Below are positions 11,411 through 23,600 of a stretch of DNA of 64,000 nucleotides, in pieces. The translations under genes and the position numbers were made by a program. How positions within the stretch are numbered: position 1 is the stretch's first letter; each line of letters opens with the position of its first letter. Under the pieces are notes generated by a model that worked only from the letters and a program-made list of their open reading frames with translations, ran no database searches and was not told where the DNA came from. Origin of the DNA: Schmidtea nova (taxonomy: Eukaryota). Location of the stretch: positions 151,652,001 through 151,716,000 of the forward strand of contig CM097883.1 of the NCBI GenBank assembly GCA_044892505.1. The letters are read 5' to 3'.

Positions 11411-12437
11411 TGTTGAGGATACCTAAATAACAATTTACTAATAAATAAATAAAATTACCTGGGGGAAAATCGTCATGACGAATGAGATGGCTAATGGGAA
11501 CTCAGGAAAGAAAACGGAAATAAAAAGAAATGAGAAATAAGAAAGAGGAATAAGACAAGAAAACAAAAACAAAGGTCAGCACTAATGAATTAGTGCAAAA
11601 GAGAAAGGAATTTGAAAATGGGGAAAAACAAAATAATAACAACAATCTTATCTCGACAGATTGTCGAAGATAATGGAAAAAGAAATAAAACAGCCTGGAG
11701 CGGCAAAAAGGAAAATCCGAAATTATCTTGACAGCTGTCATAGATAAAACGGGAATTGGGAGAAAAAACGAGATGTCCAGGAGTTAGAATGAAAAAGGCG
11801 AAATTAGCTGAAGTGCCATAAAAATGAATGAAATATAAAAGGAAGAGACATATCAGAAGCAAGCAGAAGTTGGGAGAAGATTTTAGACAGAACATTGGTG
11901 GGAGAAAATCACGAGAGACAATTAACCAGAACATTTCCGACAGACGATTGAAGAAAATACAGAGGAAATTATTGAAGAAATTGAAAGATAGTGTGAAGCC
12001 AGAGGAAATTGGAAGAGAAGTTTAGAAAATAATTCGAAGAAAATCCGACAAAATATTAAATCAGAAATAAAGGACGTTACAGAAAATTGAGTGAAACCCG
12101 TTATCATCGATTAATAATAGAGTAAAGCTCAACCAGTAAATCCAAGTCCAATCCAGTAGACAACCAGCTAAATTACCAATTGTTATATCCCTCAGTGGTG
12201 AGTGATCTTTCGAGCCAAGATTATACAACGTGCTATTTTTACCATCGTGTCGTAATAAGCACCGTATAATCAGTTGTTGGTTGTTGATTTTGGTTAATTC
12301 AGTGTTAAAGAAAATATTTGTAATATTCAATAAAGTTTCCACTGATAATTGTTATTTTGGTCAACTAAAAGGCACGCTTGGAGTCAGATATTTGATTGGT
12401 AACTTTAACCATTTCACCAACACCCCAGAACCCAACA
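11411..12437 (+). repeat. 5' LTR (~1.03 kb) of a Ty3/Gypsy-like retrotransposon
   Basis: TGTTG...CAACA termini, followed by a PBS and gag; homologous to the LTR at 39971-40984. Confidence 0.85.
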
Positions 12438-12441
12438 TATT

Positions 12442-12459
12442 TGGTGAGCCCGACGTGAT
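12442..12459 (+). promoter_or_regulatory. Primer-binding site, tRNA-Trp type
   Basis: TGGTGAGCCCGACGTGAT is complementary, with one mismatch, to the tRNA-Trp 3' end as recalled (ATCACGTCGGGGTCACCA); lies 4 nt after the LTR. Confidence 0.75.
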
Positions 12460-12669
12460 CAGAAGTTGGTGAAAATATTATTGAGTAAAAACAGTTGTAC
12501 CATAATCCTACGTGATAAAAGTTAGTGGAGAATTATTGAATAAAAAGTATTGAAAAAGAAATGAAAATAATTGTGGTAAAGAGGAATTATTCAACGAAAT
12601 TGTGAAAAGGTAAATCATTGATTGCAGTAATAAATTTGAATTTAGATTTTGTGTAAATTGAGAAAATAA

Positions 12670-13690
12670 TTGAGTAAAGTGAATCGGTATAATTTACGAA
12701 GCAAATGCAAAAAGGAACCCATGATGAGCAGTGAAGATTTGCCAGTGTCAGTAGTTAAAGAAAATAATGATTTTGCAATTTGTCAAAGATTACCTGTGGA
12801 ACAATATGGAGGAGATCCAATTATTTTTGTAGATTTTATGAGCGATTACTATATGTATGCAACGGCGTACGGATGGTCTCAAGCGATTATTATTCAGAGA
12901 TTTCCATTATGTATTAAAAGAGCAGCTAGAGAGGTTTGGCAACAGATTGATAAGAAAGTAATCGGCAATGATTGGACAAAGTTGAAAGACGCGTTAGCTA
13001 CGAAACCTATCGGAGGAGATATCAAAAGATAAATGCGTCCAAGGTTCTATAGAAGAGTTCAAAATCCAAATGAAACAGTGAGCAAATTTGCTTATCGTTT
13101 GTCAACCCTCGCAAGTAAATCATTTGAGGAAGATTCGAAACAACCAGGCCTAGCCCAACAAATGCAAGAGTTAATCCAAGACCAATTTTTGTCAGGAATA
13201 AATAAAAAGATAAAAACCGTATTATGCTGTGTAGATTATGATAATTTTGATGAACTAGTTAAAAAGGCAATGAAAATCGAATTAAATTTAAAAAGCACCA
13301 AAAACAAATCTGATGTGTTCGCGATTTTTCCAGCTCAAAGAGAAAGATCAGTCACACCAACCCAAAACAATTGGGAGCCAGAAAATAGATTCCAACGATC
13401 AAAAAGCCCATCACGCAAATGGAGAACCGAGGTAAATAAAAATAGACCAAGCCGTAATTTTCAAGGCACTGAGAGATCCAGAGTGATTCAGTGTGAAAAT
13501 TGCAAGAATATTGGCCATTATGCGAACCAGTGTTGGTTCAAAAATAATTCTGATAGTGCACCCAGGAGAATAACCCAAGATTATCGTACAAACGATAGGG
13601 GAACAAACTTCCGGAGAGCAGTTCCTGATGTTAAATCCAATTTTAATGAAGTACAATGTTATCGCTGTGGTAGAAAAGGACATGTTTCAG
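12670..13690 (+). pseudogene. Retrotransposon gag with CCHC knuckles, one in-frame stop, truncated
   Basis: RRVQNPNETVSKFAYRL, CENCKNIGHYANQC and CYRCGRKGH. Sequence reverts to hAT transposase at ~13690. Confidence 0.85.
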
Positions 13691-16517
13691 AAATTATTTT
13701 TCAAGATCAAGATCATCCTCAACATATAAGAAAGAATAATATTTTTTGTCAGAGTAGATGGAGTTCAAAATTTACCCTTGAGAGGGCAGTCTCATCGGTT
13801 ATATACGCCTCATAATAGTAACATTTTGAAACCTTTTGAAGTTATTGCTGAATTTGATCCGACAATGAAAGAACATATAAGACTTATAAAAGCAAATGAA
13901 ATTCATAACCATTATTTAAGAAAAAATATTCAGAATGAGATTATTCAACTTTTGAGCAAAAAGATAAAACAGAAAGTGATAAATGATTTAACAAATGCAA
14001 AATATTACTCTATAATTCTCGATTGCACACCAGACGTCAGTCATAAAGAACAGGTGACAATGATTGTTAGATTTTGTTAAAGGAAATGAAGCAACTACTG
14101 ACAAACTTTCAGAATTTCCTATCAATGAACATTTTTGGATTCGTAGAACTTGAAAAATCTACAGGTGCAAGTATGGTGGAAATTTAACTTAAAGAACTAT
14201 CAGTACTATCAGATTAAGAAATTTATCTATATGAGATGACATGGCTATGATAGTGAAGCAAACATGCGGGGAATACATAATGGTGTCCAAGCAAGAGTTA
14301 GAGAGCTAAATTGAAGCCAATTGTCCCGTGCAATGCACATTCATTGAATTTGGTAGTTAATGATGTATTAAACTGTTGTTTGGAAGCATTAACGTTTTTT
14401 GATTTAATTCAATATACATAAACTTTTTTTCTGCATCAACACATCGCTAGAATGTATTGTTAGAACATGTCAAAAACAAAGAAGCTGTAGGTTTAACTGT
14501 TAAAAAGTTATGCACAACATGCTGGGAAAGTCAAGTTAATGTTGTGAAGGTAATTCGATACCTAACAGTTGAAATTTACGATACACTCGTTTCAATTGCT
14601 GACGTTTCACTTACTGGACAACACGGAACCCAGTCAAGTGTAGAAGCTAAGGGAATTGCACAAAAAATGTTCGATTTAAAATTTGTTTGTTCATTAGTGA
14701 TTTGGTATGATATTTTATTTGAGGTCAATATATCTAGCAAAACATTTCCAAAAGAAAGATCTTGATTTAACGAAATCAATTCAGCAATTGAATGCAACTA
14801 AAACTATGCTCCAGAATTACAGAACAGTTGAAGGATTTTTAAAGCAATTACAACAGCTAAATCATTGGCAGAAAACTTGGTATTGAGTGTACTTTCTATA
14901 TGGAAAGAGATAATTTGACTATGAAGTTTTAGATGATGCAATTCTTGAGCCAGAAAAGAATTTTAGAGTAAATATTTTTAATCAGATCATTAGTACCGCA
15001 TTTCAATCAGTTAATGATTGGTTTATGCCGTTAACATCTCACAGTGACTTATTTGGATTTTTGTATGACATTAAAAATGTGAAAAAAAGAAGTTTTCAAA
15101 GATTGCATGGACCCTCAATTAGTTTTAAAATCTGAAAACGAGAATTCAGCAGACATTAAAATAACAGAATAGTGCTGAGTTATTTGCTTTATTAAGAAGA
15201 ATTACTGAAACATCAAGCCCCAGAGTTATATTTGACTATCTATGTGGAATGGGCTTGGTTGCTCTTTCTACAAACATATATGTCGCATTGCGAATTTTGC
15301 TTACACTCCCGATAACAGTTGCGAGTGCAGAAAAAAGCTTATCGAAGCTCAAACTCATAAAAATATATCTTCGTTCTAACATGTGTCAGGATCGTTTGGT
15401 TGATTTAGCTACCATATCTATAGAGAGCCGATTGCAGAATAGTTGGATATGACCGAAATAATTCAGGAGTTTGCTTCTGCAAAAGCTAAAAAACATATTT
15501 TTTATAAAATCAACTAATAAATACTTTTAGTGTTTTATAAATATACCATTTCAAACATTTTTGTTTTTCATTACTTTTTAAAGCAAAAAAGACTTCTTAA
15601 AATCAACTTGTAGGAATATACAATAAACTAATGAATTGAATTCATAATATTTATTAAGTAACAAATTGCTTAATGATTCTGTCGACGAAATATGCAATCC
15701 AGTTGATGGTAGGACTGTCGTTGAGTTTGACGAGATTCCAGATACGAACTGTTTTGTCAATGTTTCAGAAACAGTGTTTGTGATAGTGTTTTTAAGTTGG
15801 AGTAAATTAACTTCGCAGTAGAACTAGTTGAAACGGCATTTCGAAAAGCCGATTTTGATTCACTGGTGGATATAGTTAATGATGTTTGACCATATGAGAA
15901 TCATGTTAAAGAAACTATTGTTTTTGGTTTCTTTTCGATTGAGAGAGAAATAAATGTTGAACTTGTCATTTTTTGAATATCGGGAAAAAGATGTCAAAAA
16001 AAAGTGCATATTAAAACAATGCCATTTAAACTCTCATTCAATAATTATTTAATAAGTTAATTAATTATAAAAAAATTTATAATCCAAGGCACTACACAAC
16101 TACCTATAGGCCTATTAAAAACTATTAACTTTTATAAAGTTGTTGTTGAAGACTTGTAATAAAATTATAAAAATTTCACATTTTCACATTTTGAATTTAT
16201 CCTTCAAAATAAATACAAATTAAAGATTTTTCTTAGAAAACTGAACCCAATAAAGGAGGCATTTCTATCCTTGCCTATAGGACAAAATTATCTAAGGCCG
16301 TCACTGTTCTTTAATGAGTATTTTGTTAATTTGGTTTACTTGTGTTTTTTGTACTTACTTCTTGCTAATGTTTATATTAAACTTTACTTTACTTTTACTT
16401 AATTTTTTCCTGTTTCTAATAATTTTTGTTTATTTGGTGTTTACTGACATATTTAAGTATACTTCTTGCGCGGTCTCTACATGCTATATCAGCGCTCACT
16501 TCCAGATTGATGGGATT

Positions 16518-16715
16518 AGTCTATAAAATTTATAATTTTACCGGAATCAATATCGAGGAGCTATTAGAAATACACTATGATATAGTCTTTGGATTCGGTG
16601 TCAAATGTGTAGAAAGTTGCGTTGTTTGAAAAGATACTACGAGAGTATCCTGCACCAGAGGCTGTGTTTGTTGTCACAATTAAATCGATTCAAAGACAAT
16701 AATCGGTCCATATTC
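16518..16715 (+). pseudogene. Degenerate paralog of the Polinton Cys-rich gene (2899-3287)
   Basis: KIYNFTGINIEELLEIHYDIVFG..KCVESCVV*..TRVSCTRGCVCCH aligns with KIYKLTGINMEQLLEIHYDMVLG..KCIENCIVC..LRVSCVNGCACCH. Confidence 0.8.
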
Positions 16716-17025
16716 AAATAGGGTATACTTCTTGCGCGGTCTCTACGTGCTCTGTCCGCGCTCACTTCCAAATTCACGGGGTTCAGTTTTTGTCCAACAC
16801 TATTGTGTTTATTTTTGCGATTTCTTGCGTTATATTATTTTAATTACTAATGTTTATTGATCTTCGTGTACTATGTTCTACTTGTATGATATTTTTCTTT
16901 TCGTGGATTTTGAATTCAATTATTACAGTGTGTATGTCTTTTCGACGCATTAAAACAATAAATCCACTTCTGTTAGTCTAACAATGGTGTTGGAGTTTGT
17001 TATTCTGATACACAAGAAAACGATT

Positions 17026-17027
<2 letters not shown>

Positions 17028-17097
<70 letters not shown>
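17028..17097. repeat. (TA)n microsatellite
   Basis: About 35 perfect AT dinucleotides. Confidence 0.95.
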
Positions 17098-17100
<3 letters not shown>

Positions 17101-17600
17101 TATGGAAAAAGACGAAAATTTTGAAATCGCGTTATTCAAGACTGGAATGCTCTTTAGATAGAATATTTTAACAAGTTCTTATGAAAATGAATGAAAAATT
17201 GTTTATTAACAAATGGACTATGTGAAAAATACGCATGTCGGTCATGCCTTTTACTGTGATAAGTAGGCTCCTTGAAAACTGTTGGCTAATATAAAATATC
17301 CGATAAATGGAATATGGAATAGGGTATCTTTTTCCTTATCCACAAGAGGACCGTTGAGTTTCTAAAGGTTCATTATAGAGCTAATTAAATGGAGTGAAAC
17401 TATTTTTAAAATGCAATTTTGAATCCCAAAATAATCACACACACACAATTTTGTAAATTGCTTAAAATAAATCAAATCTCAAATTTTAATCACAAAATTA
17501 CACTAATATATTTCTAGTTTTATTATCTTACTATTATTATCATTAAGATTGTATCAAGTAATAAGTTTTCTAATACAATTGAATGTTTAAAAATAATCTT

Positions 17601-20600
17601 TTATGTAAATTGAGGCCTAGCCGACGCGTGCTTTTTAAGCACATCGAAAAATTTATTTTTTTTCACGGCTGGTTTCAGTATTTGAAAGGAACACATTAGC
17701 GTCTCGTCTACCGACATCATGGCACCCGCATTATCAAACTCGCCACAATAATTTGGGGCTGAAAATATCGTTACCAGTTTTCTTTTGGCAAAAAATTCAT
17801 ATCCATCTTCGACAACTTGATGAGCTCTTAAGAAAAGATTTATATGAAAGAGAAATATATATATTTCATAGAAGGATTTTATTATTTCTTTGAGTAGAAT
17901 AAAATATATTAACACCAAATGTTTGGGACTCTGGATTAAAAAGGGTGTTTGAACCATTAAAGACGCACGACGCGAATAACATTTTATTTCCATCAAACAA
18001 TTTGTCCCTCAAAACAGCATCAATTCGCTTTACAAAGCATTCCAGACAAATAGATTCCATTGCCGAATAAGAAACCAATCGGCCTCCAAATGTTTCATTT
18101 TTTAGCAAATAAGTGAGCAACTCGAGTTTGTTATTATTAAATTGTTGTTTGTAACGAACACTACGTAAAAGAATAGAAAAAGGCTCTCTGTGATTTGTTT
18201 GGCTATTGATTTGAGACCCAGAAAATCAGCGCGCTTCAGGGATTTGGATATCGTTATTGAGCTTCAATATCAAGCTTTGCTCTGAATACAAACTCCAATA
18301 CGATAAGATGAGTTCGACAATATCCTGCTCAGCGATCGGCAAACTATCCAAAGAAAAGGTTTCAGTTCCAGATTGCTGTGGAATATAGAATTTAGATGAT
18401 ATCATTTGATATGTTGCATAAATGTCATCATATTGTATTGGAAATAGAACATATCGTTTCTCGTTTGATGTCAATAATGGCTCATTTCTGTCTAATATTT
18501 CAGCTCGCCGCTCCTTCGCAAAATATTCAGAAAAACTCCAACCGATAGCGGAACACAAAAACATCTCCCAACTTCCAAAAATTGCATCGCTAACAAAACC
18601 ATAAATCATAACTCATAAAATTCATAATAATCATAAAATCAATTCAATCTTCAATATCAGTTCATTAAACATATACAACAAGCCATGCGCACACAAGCGC
18701 CAACAACACCACAATTCATGCGCAAACATGGGCCGAAACAAAGGGGAATTAAGGTGGTGGTGGAGAAAGTTAATTTAAAATTTACTTATTAACCTGTTAA
18801 CCGAGCGTGACATATAAATACGTCAAACGTAAACAGTATCGGGTACGGGTAGGACATATGAATACGTCCTTGAAATATATGTTGTGCCCTAGAACGGGCG
18901 GGACATATATTTCCGAGCAACAAAAGTATTAGTCATGCGTACAGTCTTCATGCAAATACGCGTGCCCGTTGTGTGTTGCGCAATTGAAGTCGAGAGCGCC
19001 CGGTTAACAGGTTAAATATCATTAAAATCTTTAATCTGTTTCACTTTAGATTCTTTTTATTTGATTTTTAAAAATGTTTTTCACATTATCAAAATATTTT
19101 CTCTTAAAATAAATAATATAAATAAAATAAATAATAGATGCAAAATTTATTTCTTTGTTTTCGGATGACTGCCTGATTAAATGAAATCCAAAATGTGATA
19201 TTTCTAATGACAGACCGATGGTGATACAAATGATTCTCTCTCTCGCTCTCTCTCGCTCTCTCTTGCTCTCTCTCTCTTGCTCTCTCTCGCTCTCTCTTTT
19301 TCTCTCTCTCTCTCGCTCTCTCTTTTTCTCTCTCTCTCTCGCTCTCTTATGTCTCTCACTCTCACTCTTAATCCAAAATGTGATATTTCTAATAACAGAC
19401 CGATGGTGATACAGATGATTCTCTCTCTCCTCTCTCCTTTTACTCTTTCTCTCTCTCCTGTCTCTCACTCTCTCTCTTTCTCTCTCTCCCAATCCAAAAT
19501 GTGATATTTCTAATGACAGAACGATGGTGATACAGGTGATTCTCTCTCTTCTCTCTTCTCTCTCTCTCTTTTTCTCTTTCTCGCTCTCTCTCGCTCTCTC
19601 ATGTCTCTCACTCTCAATCCAAAATATGATATTTCTAATAACAGACCGATGGTGATACAGATGATTCTCTCTCTCCTCTCTCCTCTCTTTCTCTCTTTCT
19701 CTTTCTCTTTCTCTCTCACTCTCTCCTGTCTCTCACTCTCACTCTCAATCCAAAATGTGATATTTCTAATGGCAGACCGATGGTGACACAGGTGATTCTC
19801 TCTCTCACTCTCTCGCTCACTTTCTCTCTCACACACATTTTCAAGAATAGGCCGAAAACCTGTGATTGCACCAGTTTATTGATCAATTATCATCGGGTTA
19901 TAAAAAATTTATCTTTCCAGAAAAATATTATCCGAATTTTCATTTAAAATTGTTTAAATTTGTTAAAAAATAAGTTTGTTATAATCTTTCAAGTTAATTG
20001 GTAGTTGGATTATTTTATTAGTATGGGTATGGTTAAAACATTTGAGATTTTGGCACACGTTTTAGATGGGAAAATATTAAAAATAGAAGGTAAAATCTAA
20101 ATTTTACCTTGACAGGCTACAGAGAGCCAGTGAAATCTATTATTTATTATATTAATGATAAATACTCAAAAAAACTAAAAAAGATGAAAATTTTGAATTT
20201 AAATATAAATGAAGAGATATTTACCTACATATGAGATCAAGGTCTTGAACTTGGAGAAATTTGTCAACTACGTCTGATCCAAATGTATGACTAACCCCTC
20301 TTTCGTTTTCTGCCCAACCAACAATGTCTCTATCTGGATCAGACCACAACAAATCACATATTAAACCATCATCTGGTACTTCTCTTGGCCTACTGATTTC
20401 TTTAATTTGTTTTAAACTGCGCAATTCTGGTGATAAACCACCGTGAAAACATATTATTTTTTCATCAATTAGCGCAGCAAACGGTAACGCGTTGAAACAA
20501 TCTGTGAAAATTTTCCATAGCCGTATATTATAGCGACGCTTACACTCATCGTAGAATCCATAGATTCTGTTAATTGCAGCACTTTCGTGATTGCCTCTGA

Positions 20601-23600
20601 GAAGAAAAAAATTTTCCGGATATTTAATTTTATACGCTAATAGTAATGTTATACATTCGATAGATTGGCGTCCACGATCCACATAGTCTCCAAGAAATAG
20701 ATAATTTGAGGTTGGCGGAAATCCGCCATATTCAAACAATCTTAGTAAATCGTAATATTGTCCATGTATGTCACCTAAATCAAAACATAGAAAATTACTA
20801 TTTTAAAAATAAAAAAAAATATTACTGTCGCTTTTGAAATTAAAAAATTTATTAATATATAAAATCGAAGGATCCCAATATTTCATTGGGTAAACACAGC
20901 GCCGTACAATCGCAAGTGCAATCGTACTGGGCCCCCAATTTTTGAGGGCCACCAAATATTAAATACATTAGAAAAACTTCTCCAATACCATAAATTACTA
21001 CGAATTGAAAGAAAAAAAAACAAATTTGAAAATTAAAAATTAAAAATTCGTTTAACTTTCAAAAAAATCTTAATTTAATTTGAAACAAATATACCTAATA
21101 ATTCATTTGTTTTTTGCTTCAAATTGTTATCTTCAAATTGTTATCTTCTGTTTGTTTATTATATGATATTTTAGGTTTAACGATTCGTTTATATATTTAA
21201 TAAATTATAATTTTCACTTTTCAAATAAAATTTGTGTTAACGAACATAGTTTGAAAACATATACATATATTCAAATTTATAGAAGGAATACATCAGGTGT
21301 CAAAATTCAAATTAAAAAAAATTTTTTTTTAGTTTCTGCACAGGGCCCCCAAAAGTTACAGCACGGCGCTGGGTAAACAGAAGCTTTTAATATTTTTTGG
21401 ACCAACCCTTCTGAAGCATCTTTGTGCTAGTCAAACTCTCCGTAGTTTACCGTTGGATATATTTCATTGCAACATTGAAAGAGTTATTTAATTTAATTAA
21501 AAAATAAATTAATTACAGGCCACAGGTTGAAAATATCAGTAAATTTGTATGTCATTTTCACTTAGTGATTCTATTAGGTCAATGAATTAGTCCCGACTTC
21601 TCATTAAAGAATTCACATTTAATTAAAACTCCCTCAAAATTGATGAATTATCAATTAAAAAGTGCAGTCGATAATATACACATGCGGTATTGCATTTTAT
21701 TCATGTTCAACATGAAAAAAAAAGAAATTTGACAAGTTTATAGAATAGATATTGTCGGGTTCATAACTATCAAGGGCTGGTATTTGAAGTTAAAGAGGAG
21801 TGATGTTTGTTTAGAGAACTTTGCCAGATCAAGACACCATCAAGAAACAAAAAATGTTCAACTTCAGGTACTACTTAAAGTAAATGATACCCGATTCCAA
21901 AATTCCAAAGAATTATAATTATTCATTCAACAATTATTTCACAATAAACCATCCACATTAATCCATTTATGATCGTTTCATCATTATGGACTAACTTGAA
22001 AATATCTTTATTTCTTTACCTATGTTTAGTTTATAAATTCGGATTTGAGTTTAAAATCATTATTTGAATCAACAAATATAATACAGTTCTGGATTAAAGT
22101 TAAAAGTGAATATTCATATTACACAAGAAGGCAATCTGAATCTTATTCCACTTTTCGACAAATGACTTGTGCGAGACTGCATTCTCAGCAATGTGTGCAA
22201 TAAAAACAAATCAACGAAATCATTTGGCTGTTAGTAGTTGGAAGTGAGCCCGCCAGATATAGGTCAAGACCCCCTCTAGAAATATTTTTATGTAGGTCAC
22301 TTTAAGGTCATTTTAAGGTCAAATTTTTTCGCTTAAGGTCACTTTGAGAACACTTTAGGTCAAAAAAAGTAGGTCAAGGTCGATTTAATGACACTTTAAG
22401 GCGAATTTAAGGTCAAAACTATGGTTTAAGGACACTTTAAGGACAAAAAACAGGTCAATGTCGTTTTAAGGACACAATAAGGTAAAAAAGTATGCCGATT
22501 TAAGGTCACGATAAGGACGAAATAAGTAGGTCAAATATAATTTTCAAATTTTTTTAATATCAGAAATAAGTAGGTCAAATATTTTTAAGTTGCTATGACA
22601 ACGAATTAAGTAGGTCAAATATAAAACTTGAAAATTTTGCTATGTCAGAATTAAGTATGTCAATAATAATTTTCAAAATTATTCTAAGTTATAATAAATT
22701 AAAAATTTTTTCTATGTCAGAATTAAGTAGATAGAAGTTTTTATATTTGACCTACATAATTCAGACAGAAAATTATCTATTTGACATACTTTATTCTGAC
22801 TTAGAAAAAATATATTTCACCTACTTTGTTGACCTTAAAATATCCTTAATGTACCCTTAATTCTGACTTTGAAAAATTTCGAAATTTATTATTAACCTAC
22901 TTTATTTTGACATAGAAAAAATTTTAGAAATTATTATTGACTTACTTAATTTGTCCTTATCATGACCTTAAATCGGAATACTTAATTCCGACATAGAAAA
23001 TATTTTTAATTTATTATAACTTTTAATAATTTTATATTTGACCTACTTATTTCTGACAGACAAATTTTAAAAATTATATTTGACCTACTTAATTCTGACA
23101 TAGAAAATTTTTTTAATTTATTATAACTTTGAATAATTTTGAAAATTATTATTGACCTACTTAATTTAGACTTAGAAAAATTTTCAAATTTTTTATATTT
23201 GACTTACTTATTTCTGACATAGAAAAATTTTTTGTGACCTACTTAATTCTGACAGAAAAAACTTTTAATTTATTATAACTTAGAATAATTTTGAAAATTA
23301 TTATTGACCTACTTAATTCTGACAGAAAAATTTTCAAGTTTTATATTTGACCTACTTAATTCTGACAGAAAAATTTCAAAACTTATTATTGACCTACTTA
23401 ATTCTGACAGAAAAATTTTCAAGTTTTATATTTGACCTAATTAATTCGTTGTCATAGCAACTTAAAAATATTTGACCTACTTATTTCTGACAGAAAAAAT
23501 TTGAAAATTATATTTGACCTACTTATTTCGTCCTTATCGTGACCTTAAATCGGCATACTTTTTGACCTTGTAGTGTCCTTTAAACAACCTTGACCTACTT

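Larger units (their letters stand above)
10619..15452 (+). pseudogene. hAT transposase, fragmented by stops, frameshifts and the Gypsy insertion
   Basis: RPWLMYS...VYCFC (TTF-type), YSIILDCTPDVSHKEQ, and LTLPITVASAEKSLSKLKLIK..LRS.M.QDRL hATC motif. Confidence 0.88.
10072..16306 (+). mobile_element. hAT transposon (ZMYM1-like/TTF zinc-finger transposase), decayed, with nested LTR element
   Basis: Imperfect TIRs CAGCGCCGGCTTTAG / rc CAGTGACGGCCTTAG; exact 8-bp TSD TTCTTTAA (10064-10071 and 16307-16314). Confidence 0.92.

Noticed and set aside
12442-12459. tRNA gene
   Set aside because: Only an 18-nt antisense match (PBS); no cloverleaf. No tRNA or rRNA genes were found in the window.
19185-19830. 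CRISPR-like repeat-spacer appearance
   Set aside because: Spacers are CT microsatellites rather than unique sequence, the context is a eukaryotic intron, and there are no cas genes.
19046-19836. ER/RE- and SL-rich ORFs on both strands
   Set aside because: Translations of the CT/GA microsatellite.
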